A stretch of 51,186 bases of DNA from a virus, in UHGV virus genome UHGV-0191814; one strand, given 5' to 3'. A program made the position numbers and the translations under genes. Below the pieces are notes generated by a model, which was not told where the DNA came from, made no database searches, and was given only the letters and a program-made list of their open reading frames with translations. Shown here one piece after another: positions 25,041 to 34,969 of this stretch. The first letter of the stretch is position 1. Every line of letters begins with the position of its first letter.

Positions 25041-28000
25041 TTTCGTAAACTTCGTTAGCAGCTTTCCGCTTTTCCGGAACTTGATTTTATCTGGTCCGAA
25101 TATCGCGACCAATTCTTGATATTCTTCTGCACTTGAAGTAGTGTACGTATTCCCTTGATTCAACCAATACTCAATCTTAGCATACTTACTTGCTTTACTG
25201 TAAACCCATTCAAGCATATCTTTTCGGTCACGCTTTCCTGTGGCTTTCTTTGTTTCTTTCGACAACTCGTCGGGCGCGTCTAAGTATTCTTTACTCGAAA
25301 CCATCTTGTTACCGATAGAACGTACATACGCTCCACGTCTCTGTTTGTACTGTTCCTTTTCCTTCCCAGTCAGAACAATCACGTCGTCGTTGTATTGTAA
25401 CCTGCCACTCGGTCCAGTGGTCGTCGTGCCAAGTCGTATCGCTTCGAGTTCGAGGTAATTCGTACTTTCCTTGATGATTCTCGTGGGCAACACGATTTGC
25501 ATTAAGTTCAACCAACGATGCGTTCCGTCATCATTGACATACTCACCGGTATACGGGTCGATTCTGTTCGGTACGAGGTACGTAAACCCAGGAAGCGCTG
25601 CAGCAAGACGGTAATACCACTTCGACCCTGTCTTCTTCAAGCTCGGGTCGATGACACGTGCGATGCTCTTGAACAGTGCCGGAACGTACTGTAACAGATA
25701 CGTACCCCACGCACTCGCAACGACGTCGCCGACGTTATCATTGTATCGCAAGATATTGTCGAATGTTCCGAGCAAGGTCAGGTTGCTCAACACGTCTGCG
25801 AACGTGTCCCAAGTCTTGTCGTTCATCTTCGTCTTGCTCGTGATCGACGCGCCAAGGAGCAACGCGCTGATACCCGGCGAGAGTAAGTCGATAGTGATTG
25901 CATAGTCACCGACACGAATGACGAGGTTGCCGTAAGTATCTTCGTCCCAGTCAAGCACGCCACTCAGACCAGCGGCAATGCCCATTGCGAACAGAACAGT
26001 GCCTATCGTCGCTGAGGAAATGTCTCGGCCGATGATGTTCGCGAACTGCGGAACGATATCGTACAACTGACTTCCACGTTGACGTGCTTTATCAGCGTCA
26101 CCGCCGCGCATTACTTTCTTTTGGATAAGCGCTTCGTACGTCTTACCTGTCATCGGGTCAACACGCGTTTCGACTGTTTCAATGAACAACGTTTGTGTTT
26201 GATACTTATACGCTGCAAGGTCCGCAAGGACTTTCACCCAGTTGAACGGTGAGAATCGAATCAAGAACGACGTGATATTTGCAGTGACCTTCGCGAACGG
26301 TAAGAACGACGTGAATAGCAAGCCGAGGACCGGGAATTCATACGACATCTTAGCGTACCACTTCGTGAAGTTGTTCGACTTACGGAGGTACAACTCCCAC
26401 GAGTCGGCAACCGCCATATTGAAGACCATCTCGAAGTCATCTTTGGTTATATCTTTAAGGTCCTTATTCAGCGATTCAAGGTACTGTGCAAGACGTATCT
26501 GTATCTCACGACCGACGAAGATAACGTCGCCTTTTTCAAGCATATCGAACGTGAACGAATACCACTTCTGCAATGCTTTGTTTACGACGTCATCGCCGAA
26601 GAACGGATACGCGTTCGAGATATTCTCAATGATATTGTCGCTCGTCGGGTTGAACTTACTACCTTTCAGTATAGCGTCGAGACGTCCGTTGTTTATAATC
26701 TTTTGATCGATATACGCTCTGACGTCAGATGGAATATCTTTGAACTTACGACGTTTCGCAGTAAGAACGAACTCGCCTTTTATTCCAAGCTTCTCGTTGA
26801 TTTTGGTAGCTAAGTACTGCGCAAATCGTTCGCTTACTTCATTTATTCCACTGAGGGCAATGTTCGACGTTAAGTTCCTGACGTGCGTTGCCGGGTTCGA
26901 CAACATCGCAGTGTACCTGAACGAGTTGATACGACGAGTGATGATTTTAAGAGCTTCGTGATAACGTTTCTGTTTCAACAACTCACGTATCTTAGGAATC
27001 TTGTTCGCCATATCGAGCAACAGTTGCTGCTGGACTTCCATTGCTTTCTTGTAGTCCCCAGAACGACGAGCGTCGACAAACGCGGCGAGTAACTCTTCGT
27101 CTGCTACAATGCCCATCTTACGAGCAGCATCGCGGTAACGGTCAGCGTCGGCCTGTGTATTTTCAACGTGCGATTGTGCAGCGAGCAGCGTACCAGAGCT
27201 ACTTGAAAGTTGCTTTCTGAATCTGCCGACAATATCACGAGTTGTCAACGACATATTCTGGTTGAACTCGTACAACGTTGCAAGCGTGTAGAATATCGCA
27301 AGACGTTGGTAGTCGCTCAGATTCTGGTACTTCGCGCGGACCATATCCATAAAGTCGACGATTGACTCGTTGCTCCATTCCATCAACTGCGCTTTGAACG
27401 CGTTGTTGAATTGTTCGATATCCGTGACCGGTCTGAGGTTTCTGCTCGGACGCCACGATTTGAGTTTGTTGAAACGTTCCTTTGTATTCGGGCTCAGTAC
27501 GTAATCTTTCGGTTTACGGTTCGATTTGACGTCCGGCCCGCCAGTAGTGAGGTTCGTTGCTTCAATCAAGCGACCGCCTTTCTTAGATTTCTCAACCTTG
27601 ACGTTCTTGTTTGCTTCATACTCTTCTTGGGCTTCGGCAAGAGCAGCGTTACGAATCTTCGCATTCTCTGCAGCGTTTGCAAGGTTTGTTTCTTGTTGCA
27701 ACTTATACGCCTCTTTGCGCTTCTCGATTTCTGAGACTTCTTTCTGTGCAACGCGTTTAGCCGTTTGGTCCATTGCCTCAACGTCGTGAGCGTCTTTACC
27801 AGTTTTAAGTAATATCTGGTCATACACTTGTCGACGTTGTTCTGGCGTCAACTTGTTCGTCGCTTGTTGTATCTCGATCGCTGCGCCAAGAGGACCGTGA
27901 CGACCTGTATTGCGGACGAGTTTCAAGAGGAAAGCATACACATTTTGGACCGTCAACGGCAATTTCATATCGCTAATAAGGTGATAAGGTATCTTATTTG

Positions 28001-31000
28001 ACGGGTCGTTAATCAATCCTTCGATCGTCGTCTGCATTTGCTTCCACTGTGCCTCGTCGAAATATTCGTTGACCGTCGACTCATCGAGTGCCATATCACG
28101 AACACCGGTTGACGTTGTGTCGAGCGACGCGAATCGAGGCAACCAGTACAGAGCTTGCTGCAACTGGTCGAGAGTCTTGAATTGCGAATTCGGATATAAC
28201 CATTGCAATACAACCGCCCACGCCGTAGCGTTACCGATAACTTCAGGGTTAGTTCCGTTATACGAGTTGATACGTTCTTCAACCCAAAACTTGTTAATGA
28301 CCGTACCGTCACTCGTTACCGGCGTTTCTAAGTGTTCGATGAAGTCTTCTGAGAAGCCCATTGCGCGCAGGTTTGATGCGTAATCGTACTCTTCGCCCCA
28401 TTTCCACGGTTTCGGTTCGAACACTTTCTTCCATTCAGGAGGCAAATCGAACAGTGATACCGGCTTCGGCTTTTTGGGCTTTTTGGGCTTCTTGACCTTC
28501 TTCGTCTCAGTGTCGCTTTCGGTTTTTGTATCAACGTCGGTGTCCGTATCTTCAGGAATAACGACAGGAATAACGCCGTCTTTGACCGGTACATCTTCCA
28601 TATTGTCGATAGGCGTTTGCTGCGTATCAGGCGAACCTTTCTTAGCTTTCTTACGAACAGATTCCTTGATTGCTCTTGCGTTGTCGTTTTCAGGCTTGAT
28701 GTTGAGCGTTGACCTAACTTCAGCAACTTCTTTTGCGTTGATTCTATCTTTGACGTAATTCGCGTACGTTTCTTCGATAAGCATCAGCGTATCGGTGTCG
28801 GTGTACAGGTTATAGTCTACGCCTTTCTGAGGAAGTCCAGAGACGTCAATGTTATTCATTCTGGCCTTACTTATCCAACCACGTATTCTGTTGAGAATGT
28901 GCTGATGAATCGTCGATAACTTGTATTTCGGGTCTTGTGGCTGCAACAGTTGCTGCATTTCCTTTCGGACGTCGTTCCATTCGTCACCGAACTTCGCTTT
29001 CAAGTCCGCTTTAGCTTGACGCAGTTCCAAGACGTCCCAAGCGTGAATGCGTTGTTTGTCGCTCATACGCTCGATACCTTCTTTGTACCGCTTCATAAAG
29101 TCTTCTTTGGTTATGCCAAGCTCTGTCGACGGAATAACGTCGTCAACGCCTTGTTCTTCAAGGTTTCGAATAGCAATGTCCTCAGTCGATTCTGTGACGC
29201 CCTTGCCAGTGATATCCGTGACGAGGACGTTCTTTCCTTCAGACGTTGTTACTTCGATTGCGGTCGTTTTGAGGTCAGGGGTGAAGCCGTATTTCGCTTG
29301 ATCGACGTACGCTTTCGCGCACTCGTAGTTCAATATCGGTCCGTCATACGACAACAACCATACGTTCGCCGTTCCACTCGCAACGTTCGTGTTCGTCAAC
29401 AGTTTATCGACGAGCTTCGAGTATTTCGTGTAGACGTTCGGGTCAGCGGCGAGCACGTCGTTGAACGCGTCCATAACGTCTTGCGACGACTTGAACGTTC
29501 CTTTCTTGTCGCCCATCGAATATATGATAAGCAACAGTTCCGGAATATCTTTCAAGTTACGTTGTATCGTGCCGGGTAATGCTTCGCTCACGTGTTCGTT
29601 GGGGTACAATACCGTCGTAACGAAGTTCCAAGCGTCGGCGTTACCGATGTTATCGCTGTAAATCAAACGTCGGACGTCGTTGTTCGTCATTCGGCCCGTC
29701 GAATATATATCGATAAACTCGTCCGAGAAGCCGTATGCTCGCAAGCTGTCCGTCTCGTTTACGTCCAGTCCAAGGTCGGTCTCGACTTGATACGCGACGT
29801 CCGTTGCTTTTTGTGCGTTGGTCTTTGCGGTGTAGAAATACACACCAGACGCTGTAAACGCCGGTAATGTTCCTAAAAAGAACATATTGAGCGACGGGTC
29901 AGCGAATTTGCCGACACGGTTTATTCTACCAGTACTCAAATCGGTTTCGAGACGCGTCGGAAAGCGCTCAGCGATAATGCGATACGGTGCTCTGGTAGTT
30001 CGTTCACATTGCAATATTCGATAGAAAGCATACGCTGCTTGCCACGAGTCCATGTATGATTTGACGTCGTTCGGCGTACCAAGGGCAGCAGCAAGTGCTT
30101 CAGCAAGCGTAGTACGAGCAGATGTTCCTTCAGGAAGATATTTATCGATTCTCTTCGCGAATTCCGTTATATTTATAGAACTACTACCAATGTCGGTAAT
30201 TGCGTGACCGAATTCGTGTGCCGCTATTGTAGCAGGATTGCCAGCTTCGTCGAACCAAGTATCGACTGCAACTACTATAACCTCGCCATCGTAGTACGAC
30301 TCACGGGTTCTAATAGGAATATTTGCTCTCAAGCCAAACGGACGACCGTCAATCGTGAACGGTTTCGCGTCGTTCTTTGCGAAAACAATCGGGATATCTT
30401 TGTATCTCACTCGCAATTCTTTAGGAAGATTTGACAAGTCAATGATATCTTCCGCGCGCACAACAATCGCTTGACCGAAATTATCAACAGCGTCGTTACC
30501 AACGTAGTTAGTATATTCGAACGGCGATTTGCCGAACGGTTTTGCAGTGTTCTTAGCTGTCGGTGTAACGTGTCGCGTAAAGTCGATTTCGACCTCTTTG
30601 CCGTCAACGGTGTACGCTTTTTTCACGCCTGAAAACATTTGCGTCGGCACTGAGAACATCGGAACAAACGACTTCGTTACTGGGTCATACATTACTGAGT
30701 ACCGTTTCATTAAGTACCAGTTGACCGTACGAGACCACGTATCGCCTGAGAAATAATCTTCAGTTATGTTATACTCGTGATGGAATTTGGGATTCGTCTT
30801 ATCAGCGAGCACTGAACGAATTGTGTCGACTCCTTCCAACGAATATGCGTTTATATCGAATATCCCATTCAGGTCGCCGTCCTTCAAGAAGCCAGAAATG
30901 TTCTTGCTCGCTTCTCGTATTGTTACCCCTAACGTGAACGAGTACTTAGCAACTTCGCGTGCTCGCGTACCGCTAAATGCTCCGATAGTAACAAGCGGAT

Positions 31001-34000
31001 CGTCAACTTCGGCAGCAGTTAAATCGTTAATATCATTAGATTCCGCAAGGGTTTCTTTGATTGTACTCTTGAACCCGTACGAAGCAGGATATCGATTACC
31101 AAGGTCCAAGAATTTTTCAAGGAACGCGTCGCCGTACGTTTCTCGCATTAACGGGTCAGCAAAGATGTTTTGAATCGCTTGCTTTTGAATGAGCGTACGA
31201 ATTAAAGCCTTCGAACCTTTAGCGACAATGCTTGTATATTCTGCAAACAGTTCCGGATCGACGATGAACAACGACTTCAAGAACGTTAGCGATATAGTCG
31301 GATTCGCGGTAAAGCCCGGAATAAACCAACTCATAACCGGGACACCATTTTTAACACCCTCTGTGTATTGAGTGTCGAAGTCGAACCCGATGATTTCAGT
31401 ATACAACTTGCCGAGAATAGAACGTGCGTAGTCGTTTTCAAACAACTTCTCTAACTGTGTTACGGCTTGACGTTCACGGGTGCGGTCGTCTTCAGTTGTG
31501 TCGATATCTTCCCACAGACCTTTTACGTCTTCCGGCAAATATTGAACCGTTGTATTCTGTACCTCGACCGTATCGTCAGTAAAACCGAGGTCTTTCATCG
31601 TCTGGTTAGCAACGAACTCGTTGACACCAGTTTCACTCTTCTTAGCGGTTGTCCACAACGGTACGCTTTCTTGCAATACCACTCTACCAGAACGAGCGTA
31701 GATTTCGCCGTAGTTCATCTGATAGATACATTGCGACAGCAATCCGCGGACTTCTTTCGTAACGGTTTCGAAGTTATTCGTAGAGTCGTATTGGGCCTCG
31801 ATTTTCTTTACAAGTTTGCCGTCTTCAGCAAACACGCCCGCATCGAGCAATGCTTTACGATGTTCGTAAATATTCCTCATCATCGTGCGTACTTGTGTCT
31901 CGTTCATTTTAGCAACGATACTACGTACGACGTTTATATTCGTACCGGCGTCCATACCAAATATGTCGGCGACCTGATGTCGGAACTCGTGGTAAATTAC
32001 CGGTATCAACGTGACGTCGTTGAACGCACTTACACTTGTACCGTTCGACGTGATAGTGATTTCACGGTACGCTTGACCGGAACTCAGTTTGTTGTATATC
32101 TCGGTCAACGCTGTATGAAGACTCGGTCCTTCGGCGGTTTTCAACACTGGGAAGAACTTACTATACTTCTCGGCCATCACATCGTCGGTCAGATTTCTTT
32201 CAAACGCTTTAACGAATCGATTCGCAATGGTCGAACCGGCTTTAATGACGGTTGATTTGCCCGTCGTGGCCGTCGCAGCAGGGTCTGCATTCAAAACAAC
32301 TGATACGCTCGCAGCATTTTCCCCATTACACGCATACATTCCTGCATTTGAAATAATGTCATTTGCTCCGAATCGCATAGTTGTAGTACTGTTTACTTGT
32401 GCTTCGGCGTCAGCTTTTGACTTTCCGAGCGCTTTAAGAGCGTCTTTGCGCAAATCGATTTTCGTTCTGATGAACTGGTCATTCGTTACAGGGTCGATCT
32501 GAGGCAACGGAACGAACTTCTTCGACTTCTCGTCCCATTGCACGTCGCAAAACGCGTCAGCAATAAGCTCTTGCGTGTCTTTGTCCGATACGTCAAGACC
32601 GTTCTGAGAAACGTACGAGTCGATAAGTTCGTTGATATATGACCAAACGCTTTCTGAATACGGAATCTCAGCATAAGCTTCAGAAAGAATCTCACTCTTT
32701 TCAATGACTGATTTACCGTCGAGTTGGTCTGTGTCGACCTCATATCCGTTGCGGACCAACTCGGAGTACATTAAGTCGTTGTACTTCGACAACGTCAAGT
32801 ACATATCCTGCAACATCTGGTCCGTCAAGAAATTCGTACGTTTCAGTACTTCTGCGTTCGGGTCGGTAACATGTTTGCGTATCGCTCTTGCAAGCTCGGT
32901 CATAACCTTACGGTCGGCACGAGCAATAGCTCGCATTGCGACGTCGGAATACAACGCCACACTTGCAAGCTCGATATCTGTTTCAAGTTTATATCCTCTG
33001 TTCCAAGGCGCTTTGCCGATACGACCGACGACTCTCAGAGTGTTTTCAAGAGACAGACGGTCGCGGACTGATAAGTTCGGAAGCATTTTTGCAACGCCTG
33101 CTGCGAACGCTTGTTCGGACAACGCGTGCTGCAATAACTCTGTCGGACGACTATCTTTGATTTGCTGTGCGTCGATCAGGCAAACTTGATGAGGCATAAC
33201 CTTGCCGTTCTCATCTGCGATATCCAGAGTGAGAATCTTGAACGGCGCGCCACCGTCCGCCATATTGATAGCGCCGAACTCGCCGACAATCGTCTGCATT
33301 CCGAGTACAGCGGAAATGTTACTTACAATCGCTTGTGAATGTTCAGAAGGTCCAACCGGTGTAAACACCAGGTTAGGGTCGGCTTTATTGACTTCTTGAC
33401 TTATAGCGTCCCAGTTCGCTTGATTCTGTTTCTGAGTAATGTATTCGCGAACCTTACGTGCACGGTATTCGTACGAGTTGCTTACCATCTCGGTAACTGT
33501 GCCGTACGACTCGGGACTGCTCTTGCTGATATACGACTCTAAGATTGCCGTAGCAGCGATCGTCGTGCGATACGCTCTGTCGTCTTGCTTTCTGGCCTTT
33601 GCCGCTTGTTCAGAGTATTTTGAATCGGTGAGGAAAGTGTCAACGGTCACGTTCGCAGCTGCTGCCGCTTTCGATACGGCGGTGTCACGGAACAAGTTAT
33701 TGAGACCGTCGCCAGCAAGCCACGATTCGAATTTGTTGAGTTTTATGTCGCCGACAGTGATTTGCTGTTGTACAGCGATTTGTGCACCGCTGATAAGGAA
33801 CGAGGATAATGCACCGATGGCAAACGCCATAAAGGCGTCATTGGGGTCAACCTTTTCCCATTTGCCGTCTACAATGACAGAATCGAGTCCACATTGCAGC
33901 CACTCGGTAATCGCTTCTTCTGTACCTTCCTGAGCGGCGTCCAGAATAACCTTTGCCGCTGCAGCAGCGAACTTACGTCCAGCGGTCATTGCTCCGCTTG

Positions 34001-34958
34001 CAAGAATCTTGTTCGATACACGGGTTGCGAGGTCGAAGAAACCAACGCCGTATGCGCCGCCGCCGAACAGCAATTCAGGACCGTATTCCGTTGCAAGACG
34101 TTCGGCAATCAACGCCCATTGTTCAGCGGTCCTACCTTCATCGCCGAGTTTTATGAACTCAGGGTCGGTGATAGTCGATTCGTAAATCGTACCGAACATC
34201 TCACCAGCGTACAACATAACTAAACCGGGTGAGCCGACGGCACGACCGACGATTGCCGGAACCATCTTCGCTACGTTATCGAACAACGACTGGAAAAACT
34301 CGACAGTTCGACTGCGTACAGTATATCCTTCGGCAAGACCGGACCACTTCATAGACGTGGGTGATTTGCCGCGGCCTTTCTCTTCGAACGTTTCCATAAT
34401 GTAGTTCGTGAACGAGAAATTTTCACCGTACCCTTCAACGTCGGATAAGATGTTCCATTCACCTTCACCTTCGTTCATAATCGCCGTACCGATGTAATAA
34501 CCGACGTCGACAAGTGATTTGACGAAGTCAGTCATCGCTGCAGCGAATACGCCGAGCGCTTCACCGAGAACGTAACCAATAGTCGTGAAGAATTTCTTCG
34601 CTCCGCTCTGTGCTTGATAAGCACGTTCAGCAACCGCTGCCGATCGAGCTTCGGTCAATGCTTCCATAGTCACGGCGTACTCGTTCTCGTCGGTCTCGAA
34701 GTATTGTGCGTTACGATATACTTCTTGGGCGAATTCGTCACCTCTGAGGTCGTCGTAAAACGACTCGTCCCAAGAGTTGATCGGTTTCTGACTTGCGAAT
34801 ATCGCTTGTTCTTTGACGTATAACTCAATCGCTTCCGGATCACCGGCAGCAACGAGTTGCGAGTATTTATCTGGACTGTAGAAACGGCTGTGTTTCGCTT
34901 GGTCAAGTAAATACTCGGTAGGGTTTAGTTCGGTTGAGGTTGTATATTTTCTAGCCAT
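25038..34958 (-). CDS. giant 3306-aa protein with two HExxH zinc-metallopeptidase-like motifs, a Lys/Pro-rich linker and repeated modules; candidate polyvalent/ejected internal virion protein
   Basis: Uninterrupted 9.9-kb ORF inside the structural operon. HEFGH at 30205-30219 with a downstream Glu. HEFRH at 31977-31991. KKVKKPKKPKKPKPV encoded by tandem GGCTTTTTG repeats at 28466-28500. LRA[YM]GFS[DE][ED]FI at 29701-29757 and 28321-28380. Confidence 0.7.
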   Translation of the reverse strand: MARKYTTSTELNPTEYLLDQAKHSRFYSPDKYSQLVAAGDPEAIELYVKEQAIFASQKPINSWDESFYDDLRGDEFAQEVYRNAQYFETDENEYAVTMEALTEARSAAVAERAYQAQSGAKKFFTTIGYVLGEALGVFAAAMTDFVKSLVDVGYYIGTAIMNEGEGEWNILSDVEGYGENFSFTNYIMETFEEKGRGKSPTSMKWSGLAEGYTVRSRTVEFFQSLFDNVAKMVPAIVGRAVGSPGLVMLYAGEMFGTIYESTITDPEFIKLGDEGRTAEQWALIAERLATEYGPELLFGGGAYGVGFFDLATRVSNKILASGAMTAGRKFAAAAAKVILDAAQEGTEEAITEWLQCGLDSVIVDGKWEKVDPNDAFMAFAIGALSSFLISGAQIAVQQQITVGDIKLNKFESWLAGDGLNNLFRDTAVSKAAAAANVTVDTFLTDSKYSEQAAKARKQDDRAYRTTIAATAILESYISKSSPESYGTVTEMVSNSYEYRARKVREYITQKQNQANWDAISQEVNKADPNLVFTPVGPSEHSQAIVSNISAVLGMQTIVGEFGAINMADGGAPFKILTLDIADENGKVMPHQVCLIDAQQIKDSRPTELLQHALSEQAFAAGVAKMLPNLSVRDRLSLENTLRVVGRIGKAPWNRGYKLETDIELASVALYSDVAMRAIARADRKVMTELARAIRKHVTDPNAEVLKRTNFLTDQMLQDMYLTLSKYNDLMYSELVRNGYEVDTDQLDGKSVIEKSEILSEAYAEIPYSESVWSYINELIDSYVSQNGLDVSDKDTQELIADAFCDVQWDEKSKKFVPLPQIDPVTNDQFIRTKIDLRKDALKALGKSKADAEAQVNSTTTMRFGANDIISNAGMYACNGENAASVSVVLNADPAATATTGKSTVIKAGSTIANRFVKAFERNLTDDVMAEKYSKFFPVLKTAEGPSLHTALTEIYNKLSSGQAYREITITSNGTSVSAFNDVTLIPVIYHEFRHQVADIFGMDAGTNINVVRSIVAKMNETQVRTMMRNIYEHRKALLDAGVFAEDGKLVKKIEAQYDSTNNFETVTKEVRGLLSQCIYQMNYGEIYARSGRVVLQESVPLWTTAKKSETGVNEFVANQTMKDLGFTDDTVEVQNTTVQYLPEDVKGLWEDIDTTEDDRTRERQAVTQLEKLFENDYARSILGKLYTEIIGFDFDTQYTEGVKNGVPVMSWFIPGFTANPTISLTFLKSLFIVDPELFAEYTSIVAKGSKALIRTLIQKQAIQNIFADPLMRETYGDAFLEKFLDLGNRYPASYGFKSTIKETLAESNDINDLTAAEVDDPLVTIGAFSGTRAREVAKYSFTLGVTIREASKNISGFLKDGDLNGIFDINAYSLEGVDTIRSVLADKTNPKFHHEYNITEDYFSGDTWSRTVNWYLMKRYSVMYDPVTKSFVPMFSVPTQMFSGVKKAYTVDGKEVEIDFTRHVTPTAKNTAKPFGKSPFEYTNYVGNDAVDNFGQAIVVRAEDIIDLSNLPKELRVRYKDIPIVFAKNDAKPFTIDGRPFGLRANIPIRTRESYYDGEVIVVAVDTWFDEAGNPATIAAHEFGHAITDIGSSSINITEFAKRIDKYLPEGTSARTTLAEALAAALGTPNDVKSYMDSWQAAYAFYRILQCERTTRAPYRIIAERFPTRLETDLSTGRINRVGKFADPSLNMFFLGTLPAFTASGVYFYTAKTNAQKATDVAYQVETDLGLDVNETDSLRAYGFSDEFIDIYSTGRMTNNDVRRLIYSDNIGNADAWNFVTTVLYPNEHVSEALPGTIQRNLKDIPELLLIIYSMGDKKGTFKSSQDVMDAFNDVLAADPNVYTKYSKLVDKLLTNTNVASGTANVWLLSYDGPILNYECAKAYVDQAKYGFTPDLKTTAIEVTTSEGKNVLVTDITGKGVTESTEDIAIRNLEEQGVDDVIPSTELGITKEDFMKRYKEGIERMSDKQRIHAWDVLELRQAKADLKAKFGDEWNDVRKEMQQLLQPQDPKYKLSTIHQHILNRIRGWISKARMNNIDVSGLPQKGVDYNLYTDTDTLMLIEETYANYVKDRINAKEVAEVRSTLNIKPENDNARAIKESVRKKAKKGSPDTQQTPIDNMEDVPVKDGVIPVVIPEDTDTDVDTKTESDTETKKVKKPKKPKKPKPVSLFDLPPEWKKVFEPKPWKWGEEYDYASNLRAMGFSEDFIEHLETPVTSDGTVINKFWVEERINSYNGTNPEVIGNATAWAVVLQWLYPNSQFKTLDQLQQALYWLPRFASLDTTSTGVRDMALDESTVNEYFDEAQWKQMQTTIEGLINDPSNKIPYHLISDMKLPLTVQNVYAFLLKLVRNTGRHGPLGAAIEIQQATNKLTPEQRRQVYDQILLKTGKDAHDVEAMDQTAKRVAQKEVSEIEKRKEAYKLQQETNLANAAENAKIRNAALAEAQEEYEANKNVKVEKSKKGGRLIEATNLTTGGPDVKSNRKPKDYVLSPNTKERFNKLKSWRPSRNLRPVTDIEQFNNAFKAQLMEWSNESIVDFMDMVRAKYQNLSDYQRLAIFYTLATLYEFNQNMSLTTRDIVGRFRKQLSSSSGTLLAAQSHVENTQADADRYRDAARKMGIVADEELLAAFVDARRSGDYKKAMEVQQQLLLDMANKIPKIRELLKQKRYHEALKIITRRINSFRYTAMLSNPATHVRNLTSNIALSGINEVSERFAQYLATKINEKLGIKGEFVLTAKRRKFKDIPSDVRAYIDQKIINNGRLDAILKGSKFNPTSDNIIENISNAYPFFGDDVVNKALQKWYSFTFDMLEKGDVIFVGREIQIRLAQYLESLNKDLKDITKDDFEMVFNMAVADSWELYLRKSNNFTKWYAKMSYEFPVLGLLFTSFLPFAKVTANITSFLIRFSPFNWVKVLADLAAYKYQTQTLFIETVETRVDPMTGKTYEALIQKKVMRGGDADKARQRGSQLYDIVPQFANIIGRDISSATIGTVLFAMGIAAGLSGVLDWDEDTYGNLVIRVGDYAITIDLLSPGISALLLGASITSKTKMNDKTWDTFADVLSNLTLLGTFDNILRYNDNVGDVVASAWGTYLLQYVPALFKSIARVIDPSLKKTGSKWYYRLAAALPGFTYLVPNRIDPYTGEYVNDDGTHRWLNLMQIVLPTRIIKESTNYLELEAIRLGTTTTGPSGRLQYNDDVIVLTGKEKEQYKQRRGAYVRSIGNKMVSSKEYLDAPDELSKETKKATGKRDRKDMLEWVYSKASKYAKIEYWLNQGNTYTTSSAEEYQELVAIFGPDKIKFRKSGKLLTKFTK

Positions 34959-34969
34959 AGAATCTCCGT

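Noticed and set aside
25038-34958. N4-like virion RNA polymerase inside the giant ORF
   Set aside because: I scanned for T7/N4 single-subunit RNAP motifs (DxSxxE, RxxxKxxxxxxYG, HDS/HDA) and two-barrel DxDGD motifs and found none. The early motif does not form a consistent hairpin like N4 vRNAP promoters.
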